In this document: positions 49,526 to 61,721 of the stretch, in pieces
How the letters are laid out: every line of letters starts with the position of its first letter
How positions within the stretch are numbered: the stretch's first letter is position 1
Assembly (NCBI GenBank): GCA_951406725.2
Contig: OX597818.1
Location: 38,316,001 to 38,380,000 of the forward strand
DNA: 64,000 nt
Source of the DNA: Octopus vulgaris
Lineage: Eukaryota
Direction of reading: 5' to 3'
The notes under the pieces: model-generated
What the model was told of the DNA's origin: nothing
Seen by the model: only the letters and a program-made list of their open reading frames with translations
The model's database searches: none
Program-made: the position numbers and the translations under genes

Positions 49526-51561
49526 CTATCAAAAAATGGAAAAAAAAAAAAAGGCACAAAAGTCACTAAATAAAATATTTCATTTTCCATAAACCCTATA
49601 ATATTACTGCATTACAATTTTCAAGTGACACAAGCAAAAAAAAGTGTTAATCCTTTTCTTACCATATTTCTTCATTTCGACTAATTTTGAAAATGATAAA
49701 GAATTCATAAAATAACCTGATTATTATTGAACCAGGGTTTAGAACATAAATTAACATGGAATTTTGATTGAAGGTTTTAATTTAGATCACTTTAAAACAG
49801 GGAGCTTGTATCATGGAACAAGGGGCAGTCTTGGGCAGGTTAATAACAAAAGGGTTAAAACATTTCGTATACATCATCATCATCATTTAACATCCGTTTT
49901 CCATGCTAGCATGGGTTGGATGGTTCGACCGAGGTCTGCGAAGCTAGGAGGCTGCACCAGACTCCAATCTGATCTGGCAGCGTTTCTACAGCTGGATGCC
50001 CTTCCTAATGCCAACCACTCCGTGAGTGTAGTGGGTGCTTTTGTGCTAGTGAAGGTACATACATACATATATAAGTATTACCTGTTTAAAATTTTACCTG
50101 ATGATGGTGGATTATTATATATTATGATGTAATCTTTTATGACTGCATTAAATAAACAAGGTTGTACCAAAACAGCTGTCATAAATTTTAAATGCCATTT
50201 ATGTTTACTTTATATATATATCATCATCATCATCATCATTTAACATCTGCTTTCCATGCTAGCATGGGTTGGACGATTTCACTGAGGTCTGGCGAACCAG
50301 ATGGCTGCACGAGACTCCAATCTGATCTGGCAGAGTTTCTACAGCAGGATGCCCTTCCTAACGCCAACTGCTCCAAGAGTGTAGTGGGTGCTTTTACATG
50401 CCACCAGCATGAGAGCCAGTCAAGCAGTACTGGCACCGGCCACACTCAAATGGTACTTTTTATGTGCCACCTGCACAGAAGTTAGTCCAGCGGCACTGGC
50501 AATGAACTCGCTCGAATGTTTTTCGCATGCCACCAGCACAAGTGCAGGTAAGGTGAAGCAGGTAACAAACATGCTCGAATGGTGTTTTTTACGTGCCACT
50601 GGCACTGAGGCCAGCTTGTTGCTCTGACAACGATCACGCTCGTATGGTACTCTTAGCGCTCCACTAGCACAGATGCCAGTCATTGAATTTGATTTCGATT
50701 TCGATATATTCAGTAGTTAAACAAAAGGTGCATGACTCAGTACTTAGAGTGTTGGGCTCACAATCATGAGGTAGTGAGTCCGATTCCCAGACTGAGCTGT
50801 GTGTTGTGTTTTTGAGCAAGACATTTTATTTCACATTGCTTCAGTTCACTCAGCTGTAGAAATGAGTTGCAATGACACTGATGCCAAGTTGTATCAGTCT
50901 TTGCCTTTCCCTTAGATAACATTGGTAGCATGGACAACTGCTGGTGGTCTTCCATAAACAACCTTGCCTGGACTTGTGCCTCAGAGAGAAACTTTGTAAG
51001 TGCAATTCCATAGTCATTTATGACCAATGGGTTTCTTTATCCTTTGCTTGTTTTAGTTAAAAAAAGAGAGAAGACAAAATATTTCAGCTCTTTACAGACA
51101 TCAAATGCATTATTTTGGGCAAAAATGTAATCAAGATAGAAACAGTAAATACAAGATTAAAAGCCTTGCAATATTTAGCTTGAAGGCAGCGAGCTGGCAG
51201 AAACGTAAGCACGCCGGGCGAAATGCTTTGTGGTATTTCGTCCGCCGCTGCGTTCTGAATTCAAATTTTGCCAAGGTCTACTTTGCCTTTCATCCTTTCG
51301 GGGTCGATAAATTAAGTACCAGTTGCGTACTAGGGTCGATTTAATCAACTGACCCCCTCCCCAAAAATTTCAGGCCTTGTGCCTAGAGTAGAAAAGAATA
51401 TTTAGCTTGATCCAGCAAACATCTGCCTATAGATGTCCGAACTAAGTGTCAACTACATGGCCTCAGAAGTGTGGTAAGCCTTAAAGACCATTGGCACTAC
51501 CATTCTTCTTCTGACTAACACACATGCATACACACACAAAAAACATTAAAATAATGCTTAC

Positions 51562-51642
51562 ATTTCCGCATCTTCGTCTCGAATGTTTGTCTCAGCAGCA
51601 AAAGCTGTTCCTATTGATTCTATGTCACCTCCTTGCAGTGAT
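51562..51642 (-). CDS. C9orf78: C9orf78 exon 4
   Basis: 81 nt, phase 2/2. Encodes SLQGGDIESIGTAFAAETNIRDEDAEM (GT-F-AETN-RDEDA-M motif). Confidence 0.95.
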
Positions 51643-52135
51643 CTGAAGATGAAATGTATAAAAAATCAATCAGATATTACCATAGTAGTTATTAAATTAC
51701 TTTAGTTTGTATTTTGCTCTGATAAAGCAATAATAATTAAATCATTATTGAAATAAATACTATTTTGCTAAAATCAATAAAATAGTTAAAAAGTACTAAC
51801 TTATTATTACTATATCGCTCAAAATATATAATTCATATTTTTTTTTAATATAACCAATGAAACCGATATGAACAATTAAACAAAAATTAATCAATTACAA
51901 ACATTTCTAAATATAGGGAGAGTTTACGAAAAAACAAAAAACAAAGACAGGTGGTGTACAAAACAAACAGATATATTAGTATAAAGCTCAGGGATAGAAA
52001 AAGTCTTTTACATTTCAAGCCTACGCTCTTCTACGGAAAGGGACACAGAAAAAACAAGGAGAGAAAAAAATGTGTGTAGTGGCTGACGATCTATCACGGC
52101 AACTCATGATTGACATAAATTGAGATTGTGCTTAC

Positions 52136-52197
52136 ACGCTGTTCTTTAAAGCTTTCATATCAACAATTCCACCAGTTTTCATTTTGAACGGGTCACT
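52136..52197 (-). CDS. C9orf78: C9orf78 exon 3
   Basis: 62 nt, phase 0/2. Encodes SDPFKMKTGGIVDMKALKNS (DPF-MKTGG-VDMK motif). Confidence 0.95.
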
Positions 52198-53187
52198 CTG
52201 GAAATGCATGGAAAGTGGTGATTAATTTCCTAAAGACCTTTACAAATTATCGAACATTTTCAATGAACAAATTCCATAAATATGTTATGCTGTGTGTAAA
52301 TATACATATAAATCTTTAGTTAAATATATTCAATGAGAATATTAAATACTGAATTTATATTGAGTGCTCAATTGTATCAAAGTATTAATACTATTGAAGT
52401 ATTTATGTATTTGATACGAGCGATTATATATATATATATAATATATATATATATATATTTAATAATAATAGTATATTATTAAAAAATATATATATATATA
52501 CATATAAATTAAATACCAATTTAATGAAACTGATAACAAAAATATCATTTGACTTGCATACCTATTTGATTTTGTTTTCAGATTTCTAATGGTTGTGTGG
52601 TTAAGAATTTGCTTTGAAAGCACATAGTATTGAGTTCAGTACCACTACATGACACTGTGAGAAACTGTGTTCTATAGTCTCAGGTTGACCAATATGAGAG
52701 AAACTGGTAGGTAGAAACTATACAGAGTGTTGTCATATATAAGTACATATGAACGTATGGAGGTAGGTATGTATGTACATACATTATGTGTGTGTGTGTG
52801 TGTGTGTGTGCGTGTGTGTGCGTGCGTGCGTGTGTGTGTGTTCCCATCTGTGTCTTGACATTAATCATTTAACAGAGACAATGTCATTACTAATATGGTA
52901 AGGCTAATCATTGTTGGTGTCTGTATTAAGAGCACGTCTAACCATTCAATAGTATGTTACCAATCCTTACTTAGAAATGAGTAAGGACTGGCAAAAGGAA
53001 AGACATCCAAACATAGAATTCTGCCTCAGCAAATCTCATCTAATCCACGTTAGGTGTGGAAAAAGCTAACACCATGACAATGATCTCCTCAAATATTCAA
53101 ACTAGAAAATGTTTATTCGTAGATGTTTAACCAATGATGGGAAGATTAAAAAAAAAATAAAAGAAATTATTAAGAGTAAATTATTAG

Positions 53188-53587
53188 GCATAGGAGTGGC
53201 TGTGTGGTAAGTAGCCTGCTTACCAACTGCATGGTTCTGAGTTCAGTCCCACTGCATGGCACCATGGGCAAGTATCTTCTACTATAGCCTTGGGCCAACC
53301 AAAGCCTTGTGAGTTGATTTGGTAATGGAAACTGAAAGAAGCCCATCGTATATATGTATATATATATATGTATGTGTGTGTATATGTCTGTGTTTGTCCC
53401 CTCAACATCGCTTGACAACTGATGCTGGTGTGTTTACATCCCTGTAATTTAGTGGTTCAGCAAAAGAGACCGATAGAATAAGTACTAGGCTTACAAAGAA
53501 TAAGTCCTGGGGTCGATTTGCTCGACTAAATGCGGTGCTCCAGCATGGCCACAGTCAAATGACTGAAACAAGTAAAAGAGAGTAAAA
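53188..53587 (+). mobile_element. tRNA-derived SINE, family B
   Basis: Full-length copy of the 16280-16670 family. Confidence 0.85.
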
Positions 53588-53638
53588 GAAAAAAAAGAGA
53601 GTATTTAAAAGAATAAATAAGTAAACAGTTACACTTAC

Positions 53639-53750
53639 AGCTTCAATTTCATCCTTTTTTGTACTTTTACCAAAGGCTAAACTGGCTGCATTAACTCCTC
53701 TTGGTTTTTCTCTCAACTTCTGAAGCAATTTTATATCAGTCATACTGCTT
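53639..53750 (-). CDS. C9orf78: C9orf78 exon 2
   Basis: ttgtag acceptor and gtaagt donor, 112 nt, phase 2/0. Encodes SSMTDIKLLQKLREKPRGVNAASLAFGKSTKKDEIEA. Confidence 0.92.
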
Positions 53751-54079
53751 CTACAATAAAATCCATATAACATTTCTAAGTGAATATCACAGAAAACATT
53801 TTAAAAATATAATTACATAGTGTTTGTGTGTATATGTTGATATGCATGTCAAAAACTAAAGCAATTATACTTTCAGTTGGTGTTTTTGTATTTTCTTAGT
53901 TTTAAATTTTTATCCAATTATTTAATATTTTCCTATTGGTGCTTTATGTTTTAAATAAATAAATAAATGCGCCCTTTTAAAGCCTAGCCAGGCTCAAGGG
54001 CCCGGTTTCCTGGTTTCAATGGCGTGTTCCCCAGCTGGACGGGACGCCAGTCCATCGCATTTCAACTTTTCTTTTCTGA

Positions 54080-54858
54080 GAATTTGTGAGGGACCCATAC
54101 ATTATAGCAAGAAATGTACCCCAGTTTCAGTAGGTGTTCATGAGCTGTACTTTTAGAAACTTCCAACTCCTCTGCAAGTTCTCAAGTCATGATATTTGAG
54201 TTTTCTTTCATTTTTGCCTTCAAAACATCATCCAATTTTGAAAGTCTACCACTGCAACTGTCATCTTCCAAGCAAAACTCTCCAGCTTTAAATTTTGCAA
54301 ACCACCTTTGAACAGTTGATTCCCCTACAGCATCATCACCATAAACTTTACAAATGCTTTTGCAAATCTTTGCAGCATTTACTCCTTTTTTAAAAAAGAT
54401 AAGCATTACAACACGAATATGAAATTTTGGGGTATCCATTTTAAATGTCAATAAAGGGTAACCAGAATGAAGGAAGGAATTACAACCGTGTTTCGTGGTC
54501 TGCTACCACAACAGCTCCTTTATAGGATCCAGTTAGCTCAATACATCATCAGGAGGAACCACGTCCGGTTTCAACCCCTACTCCTCTACCGTTTTGACGT
54601 GGGGGGCCCCCTTTCGGATGTGTCTTCAGCTCTGGTGTTGGGTGCATGTCTTCTTTCTTCTGTTCCCTGGCCTCTTCGATGTATCGTCAGCGAGTGTCAG
54701 CCGGTGACTGACTGTCTTGTCAAATTTCTATTTTTAGTGAGGAACAAAGAGATGCACTACCACTTCAAGCAACGCCAAAGTGTTACATTCCAGGTGTGTT
54801 CAATGAATCATTAAAAGATTTAGCTTAAAAATGCTCACAACTTTCCAGACAACCTAAT
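54080..54858 (-). mobile_element. 5' part of a mariner element (HTH region), with a 266-bp insert upstream of the ORF
   Basis: HIRVVMLIFFKKG..ICKVYGDDAVGESTVQRWFAKFKAG..LEDDSCSGR (mariner HTH). TIR-like TATTAGGTTGTCTGGAAAGTT near 54858. Confidence 0.8.
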
Positions 54859-56323
54859 ATTTCTAAAATTGGCACTCCATGTTACAACGATGAGGTTTCC
54901 AGTTGATACTGCATGTGAAATTAACATGCAAATGGCTGAGCACTCCATAGTCATGCATAGTTTTCAGGGTAATACAGAACCTGACAAGGTTGGCACTTTG
55001 AAATACAGGTACTACTTATTTTTGTCAGAAGAGTGGACTGGAGCAACGTGAAATAAAGTGTCCTGCTCAAGGACAAAGCATGCCACCAGGAATCAAACAC
55101 ACGACCATATGATTGTGAGCCGATTGCCTTAACCACTAAGCCACGTGCCTTCACACTACTTCTAATATCAAATTATATAAGCATAATAATAATATTTAAT
55201 GAAAGATTGCAACAAGAAACTAAAATAAGATGCGTACTATTTACATTAAAAGAAAATTATGCTGCAACACTTTCTGTTGCATAGAGTAAAAGAGCTTTTC
55301 ATGGCTTGTTTTATTAACTAACCATACTCCTTACATATAGTTATGTATAAAGTGCAAAGGGGTCCACAGCATTATCATTATTATTATTATAAGGAGGTGA
55401 GCTGGCAGAATCATTAACATGCCAGGCGAAATGCTTAGAGGCATTTCGTCCATCTTTACGTTATGAGTTCAAATTCTGCTGAGGTCGACTTCGCCTTTCA
55501 TCCTCTTGAGGTCAATAAATTGAGTACCTGTGAAACATTGGTCGTCTCTTTTGATACAAAATCTGTCTTAGTTTTAATAGACTTGGCTGAAGAGGATCTT
55601 AGTCTTGCTGGCTGCATGACAGCTTCACTAGTGCTGGTGCCTTGAAGAAAAGCATTTAATGTACATTGTAAAGTGGTTGACATTAGGAAGGGCATCAAGC
55701 TGTAGAAAACATACTAACGCAGACAGTGAAGCATAATGCAGTCTGCAGACCTCGTAGATCTTGGGACGTTAAATGATGATGTTGATGATATATAGTATCA
55801 TCATCATCATCATCATTTAACGTCTGCCTTCCATGCTGGCATGGATGGGATGGTTTGACAGGAACCGGCCTGGCAGAAGCCTGCACCAGACTTTTGTGAC
55901 TGTTTTAGCAGGATTTTTACAGCTGGTCGATATAATTGACTAGTCTCCTCCCCACAAATTTCAAGCCTTGTGCATTTAGTAAAAAGGATTATTATTATTA
56001 TTATTATTATTATTGCTTAGTTAGGGGAAAAGATTAGTATCCATAATTTCAGGACTGATGGAGTGAGAGGGAGAACTATTCTCAAAATCAGGGACAGGCC
56101 TCAAATACTTATGTATTACAAATATATGTATATACATTTGTGTGTGTGTGTGTGTTGTTTATCCCCCCACCCCTGTCTTTCTCCATTCCTAAACAGTTGA
56201 CAGCATTCCTAGTGATCAATCACATTTACAGAAGCCCAATCTGGCAGCATATTTGTGGTCACTCGACTTGTTTGAAATAGCAGCCAAACAGCCAACGATT
56301 CTCAAACTATATAATGTATTTTT

Positions 56324-56508
56324 GGCGTAACTTCGGTATAAGTACCGGATACATTTCAAGAAAGTGTTGTTTTTTTTATATATATATGGGGGGTTAGGGT
56401 TAGGACTAGGGTTAAGGTTTGTGTTAGGGTTAGGAGTGAGAGAAAAGTGTTTGTTATCTTCAGAAATGTAAACAAAGCCACTTCCGGTACTTATACCGAA
56501 GGATCACC
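56324..56508. mobile_element. Merlin-like MITE with internal TTAGGG-like repeats
   Basis: GG...CC termini, TIR core CTTCGGTATAAGTACCGGA / TCCGGTACTTATACCGAAG and a perfect 8-bp TSD GTATTTTT. Confidence 0.8.
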
Positions 56509-56716
56509 GTATTTTTTAATACATAATAGCGCAAAAAGAATGAGATGCCCAAAAGTTAAATATGCTTTTGATTATAGATATGTTCAATCCGCAAGCTTGG
56601 AGCTAAAAACATTTCGTTAGAGTATCAAGAATACATGAACATGTATTCCGTAATTAAATAACAACCTCCACCGACAGGTTCATTTACATTTTGCCAGATA
56701 ATAATTCGCATAAATG

Positions 56717-57171
56717 AGATCTTTTCGGTATGAACACCAAATAATTCTCGTGTGTATATATTCGTCTCCTCCATGGCATTTATACATTTTCGGTTTGAAC
56801 GGCAGTTTTTTCTAGCGTCACTCATAATTATGACCTTAGTATCGATCTATTGCATTTCAATCTGTTTTAGGGTTAGGGTTAGTTAGGGTTGGGGGGAAAG
56901 GGTATCTTTTTTTTTCTTCACAAATGTAAATAAACCCAATTTGTTTCTTAAACGAGGGACATATTCATACGGCACAGAATGCTTTTTAACTCAATAGACG
57001 TCACTGATTGGTTGAAATTGCAGAAATTAAAAACAACAAACATCTTACAAACTATAGAATTTTCTCAATAAAGCCAAGAGAAAAAGATGTTTTATAAACA
57101 CATTCTACCAGTATACGAAGTTTTAAATATTTTAGTAACGCTAGAAAAAACTGCCGTTCAAACCGAAAATG
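56717..57171. mobile_element. Merlin-like MITE (second family, TTAGGG-containing), rearranged copy
   Basis: Body nearly identical to 57832-58252 and flanked by an ATAAATG direct repeat. The left end is interrupted by an inverted copy of the right flank. Confidence 0.75.
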
Positions 57172-57291
57172 TATAAATGCCATGGAGGAGACGAATATAT
57201 ACACACGAGAATTATTTGGTGTTCATAACTTCTTGTAAGCTTTCGAATAATTACATTCCCAAGTAAACTATAAGATACTTAATAGACTTAC

Positions 57292-57395
57292 GCAACTTGA
57301 TCCGTATTCCCAGATTCAGCATCTTCATCAGCACTTTCAGATGACGATGAACATCGCCGTTTGCGAAAATTACGTTTTTGTTTACTAGAAGACAT
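57292..57395 (-). CDS. C9orf78: C9orf78 exon 1 (start codon)
   Basis: MSSSKQKRNFRKRRCSSSSESADEDAESGNTDQV followed by a gtaagt donor, phase 2. Basic-then-acidic N-terminus typical of the family. The nine exons total 888 nt, 295 aa. Confidence 0.88.
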
Positions 57396-57831
57396 GTTAA
57401 TATTTCTAATTTAACTTATTGACAGAAGATTGACTTCAATTCTTGCGGTGTCAGCAAATCTCAATTCCTATTGTATATATTATCCGCAATTCCTTTACTT
57501 GAATTTTATTCTATTCTGTTTAATGTAGCCTGTTGACATTGACTATGAATAATAACAGAAGAATAACAGAACAGTTCTTCACGGACTGCAGTGGGATGCA
57601 TAGATTGTATCATCACTGATATCGCAAAGACGTGTACTAGATAGAGCTAAGTCAAAAGGAGAAAACGTAATATAGTTCAAGATGCATTATGCCAGAGAAA
57701 GACAAAGTAGTCATGATCGGGAAACTTTGATCAGCCAGGACTGATCTGGAACTAAACAACAGTCATAACCCACAAAATCTGGAGTTAAAGAACAAAAAGT
57801 ATTCCACGTAACATACAATAGTAAACTGTTG

Positions 57832-58252
57832 GGATCTTTTCGATTTGAACGGCAGTTTTTTCTAGCGGTGTCATGAAATTGTCACCCATAATTACGACCC
57901 TAGTATCGATCTATTGCATTTCAATCTGTTTTAGGGTTAGGGTTAGGGTTGGGGGAAGGGTATCATTTTTTTCTTCACAAGTGTAAATAAACCCAATCTG
58001 TTTCTTAAACGAGGGACATATTCATACGGTACAGAATGTTTTTTTTTTACCTCAATAGACGTCAGTGATTGGTTGAAATTGCAGAAATTGAAGAAAAACA
58101 CAACAACAAATATCTTACAAACTATAGAATTTTCTCAATAAAGCCAAGAGAAAAAGATGTTTTATTAACACATTCTACCAGTATACGAAGTTTAAAATTT
58201 TTTAGTTACCTAGAAATTATGTTAAAAACTGCCGTTCAAACCGAAAAGATCC
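57832..58252. mobile_element. Merlin-like MITE (second family) upstream of C9orf78
   Basis: TIRs GGATCTTTTCGATTTGAACGGCAGTTTT / AAAACTGCCGTTCAAACCGAAAAGATCC with internal (TTAGGG)3. No TSD evident here; the 8-bp TSD is seen on the mini-copy at 29433-29477. Confidence 0.75.
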
Positions 58253-58261
58253 TAAAATAAC

Positions 58262-58294
<33 letters not shown>

Positions 58295-58295
58295 A

Positions 58296-58455
58296 ACACA
58301 AGCTGTTTATCTGCATCACTATCTCCATATCAACTCACCTGGATTTCTCTTATAGCCACTCTTTACCCCGTGGACCTAGTCTTCATGGGGTGTAAGTTCA
58401 AATCATTTAAACTTACACTTCTACATGTGTTCTATATTGAGCATTTAACCTGTTG

Positions 58456-58530
<75 letters not shown>

Positions 58531-58692
58531 CACAAGCTGTTTATCTGCATCACTATCTCCATATCAACTCACCTGGATTTCTCTTATAGCCACTCTTTAC
58601 CCCGTGGACCTAGTCTTCATGGGGTGTAAGTTCAAATCATTTGAACTTACACTTCTACATGTGTTCTATATTGAGCATTTCACCTGTTGATT
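58296..58692. repeat. Tandem duplication of an about 162-bp unit separated by (TA)n(GA)n
   Basis: 58296-58457 and 58530-58692 differ at only a couple of bases. Confidence 0.85.
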
Positions 58693-59537
58693 ATATATAT
58701 ATATATGCTTGTGTCCATATGTACATGGAGATAAAGGTATGTGTGCATGTGTATCTGAGCACATGCATGTGCCTTCATCTGTGTGTGTTTGAATGTACAT
58801 CTAAGCACACATATACACTCGTATAAGTATGGATGTATACACACAGATATATGGACATCACACACACAGATATATATGCCACCACATCTGCTCCTTCCCA
58901 CTTACCCCAGCCACACAACCAATTTCTTGTCCACCATGTGGTCGATTTCCTGCTCACTATGTGATATTTTCCAACTAATTGTTGTCCCTGAAATACTGAC
59001 ATCAAACTGTTATACGACATGACTTTTCTTGACCAATTGCAGGCTTAACATCCAGCAATAAACATTGACTTTCTTCAATCAAACTTTTATTCAGACCCCA
59101 ATGCCCAAAGACTAGCTATACACCTGAAACTCAGAGTACCAAGGTGTCTGAATCAAACTTTTGATCTATCTATCTATCTATATAACAATTTATATTAATG
59201 TTTTTTTAATAACGATTTGTATTCTTATCTTAAATGTATTGAATTTTATACTGTATATATGTATGTTATTATGGTTGTAGTTCTGTTAATTAAATAAAAC
59301 AAACATTCTAATATCCTAAAGCTGATAAACCAACTAATGTGTTTCTCCATTTTCTTATTTGTAATATAAATTAATGGTAAAATATTTCTTTACCTTCACC
59401 CATTTAATACAATAAGTGAGTTCATTGCATTGCAATTAAAAACACTTGTGTATTAATAATTTGGGTATTATACCAACAGTATATTGGATAAGTATTATCC
59501 CTTAGAGGGTTGGATCCACAACCCCTAACTCATTTGG

Positions 59538-59573
<36 letters not shown>

Positions 59574-59857
59574 TCCTATCCTGGTTCATTATCTGTGAAT
59601 CACCTGTACTATATCAACCTCAGAGTTTATAAATTGTGTGTAAGAGAATTGCTTGCCATCCTCTGCCACTGCAACTTCCCATGACTCAATAAATTCTCAG
59701 ATGTAATCCTTTCATGAAAACACAAATTTTATTCATTGTTTGCCTTATTAAATAAAATCTAATATAACTCCCCTAATTATGATACAACCTTAAATTACAA
59801 GTTAGTTGTGCTAGCAACACATCCCTTCTACTTATACCTTCCCTATATATATGTATG

Positions 59858-59892
<35 letters not shown>

Positions 59893-60762
59893 ATACACAC
59901 ACACTGATTCTCTTTACACATTCCTCCTATCTAGCACATCCTCCTATACTGTTGGCTCTCATACTTGAAATTCCTTCTGCACCTCCTCCTAGCTTTCCTT
60001 GCCATTGTTTACCAAGTTATCCCTCCCTTTCTGTCTATTTGTCCACTTTTCTCTGTTTACTCTCATACCTTCCTACCTACTTCAATATTCTCCCTCTGCC
60101 ACCAATCCCCCCTTCATTCTTCGAATTTCCCCTTCACCTCCTTGTTGGCATCTATAACTAGATCCCTTCCCTTCATTTCAAGACCCATCTGGCCCTTCTC
60201 TCATTGTACCTGCTTCCTTTTCTCAGTTCTATAGCCTCCATCATTCCTGATGAACAATATCTGTTGTCAAACCCAACACCACCACCACCACCCTTCACAA
60301 TACTCCCATCCCACGCTTTCAAATCACTTCTGCTTCTCTCAATCTCCTTCTCCTCTTGCCCTTCCTGCTCCCACACTTTCATCACCCCCAAACAGCCAAC
60401 TTCCTCCTACCTCTATTTACCTTCTTCAACTGTTCCACCCTTAAATTCTCTGTATTATGACATGAAATGTTAAATGCCAATCTCTCCACCCCCAAGACAG
60501 ACGCTGGATTTACAGTATTGTTTATATGTATCCACTACTGGTTGCATATTCTTAAAATCCTTAAAAATGTTTTAGCCCGAAGGCCGCGGCTATGCTGGGG
60601 CACCGCCAACATTACAACTATTACATAATTCCGAGCCACAAGAAACAACTATCAGGCCTGAATTACCATGCTCTCTCTCCCCTTAGTCTTCTTATCTTTT
60701 GTACTCATTGTAAATCTGTTCTGTAAATATATGAATATCTATATGCTTATACATGAATGTTT

Positions 60763-61030
60763 GGTACTATTTAAGAAGAGTGTGCGCTCTCGCGTACTCG
60801 CGAATCCGTGCTAGCTAGTCGTGACTAGTCGATCCTTACTTTGTGTTTTATTTACTTTGTTTAAAAACTTATTTGTGTTTTATTTACTTTGTGTAAAAAA
60901 ATTATTTATTTTGTGTTTTATTTACTTTGCTAGGTAGTCGTTGTAGGATCGACCAGTCACGACTAGCTAGCGTGGATGTGCGAGTACGCCGCAAGTGCGT
61001 GCACCGGGACCACTCGTCTTAAATAGTACC
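60763..61030. mobile_element. Merlin-like MITE (third family)
   Basis: Long imperfect TIRs GGTACTATTTAAGA / TCTTAAATAGTACC, a perfect 9-bp TSD TGAATGTTT and internal TTTGTGTTTTATTTAC tandem repeats. Confidence 0.85.
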
Positions 61031-61313
61031 TGAATGTTTACCTTTTGAATATTTTCAGTTTTTGTTTCTCTCTCTATGTATCCCTAAATATATTTACATG
61101 TATATAAGTATGTAAGGGCAGCTGCATCAAACTCTCTCATGCACCAAATGTCAATTGCTAAAAAGCATTTGAGAAGTAAAATCATGTAGCAATACCGAAT
61201 GGCGGTGCCCCAGCATGGCCATAGCTCGTGAGCTGAAACTAGATGAAAATGAAAAAAAATGAAAAATGAAATGTACATGCCGAAACATGTTTATTTGTTT
61301 ATTTTCATTATTA

Positions 61314-61376
<63 letters not shown>

Positions 61377-61378
<2 letters not shown>

Positions 61379-61588
61379 CACAATCAAGGAACGGCCATAA
61401 TAGGCCATTCACCCACTAGAAATAACAGCCAAAGCTTCAACCGCAAAATAACATTAATTCCGTAAACCAGGAGAAAATTAAAAAACATTTTTCTCCTGGT
61501 TTACGGAATAATGTTATTTTGCGGTTGAAGCTTTGGCTGTTATTTCTAGTGGGTGAATGGCCTATTATGGCCGTTCCTTGATTGTGAT
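61377..61588. repeat. Near-perfect palindrome, about 100-bp arms and 11-nt spacer
   Basis: 61377-61477 is the reverse complement of 61489-61588 except for one extra A. Confidence 0.92.
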
Positions 61589-61677
61589 GTTGAACTTTAA
61601 AATGGTCTTTGACTATTTAATTTTTTTCCACTATGGTGGCAAAAAATTCTACAAAATTTTTGCCACCCTATATTGAT

Positions 61678-61716
<39 letters not shown>

Positions 61717-61721
<5 letters not shown>

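Noticed and set aside
56386-56895. TTAGGG tracts as an interstitial telomere or chromosome fusion scar
   Set aside because: Only 3-6 degenerate units, and they are internal to MITEs bounded by TIRs.
59090-59152. CACCTGAAACTCAGAGTA..GGTG, a possible hammerhead with stem II deleted
   Set aside because: Most of the core is absent, so it is indistinguishable from a chance hairpin.
59808-60473. Several overlapping ORFs in a pyrimidine-rich stretch
   Set aside because: Low-complexity sequence with no recognisable motifs, possibly an ancient LINE remnant. Not supportable as a gene.
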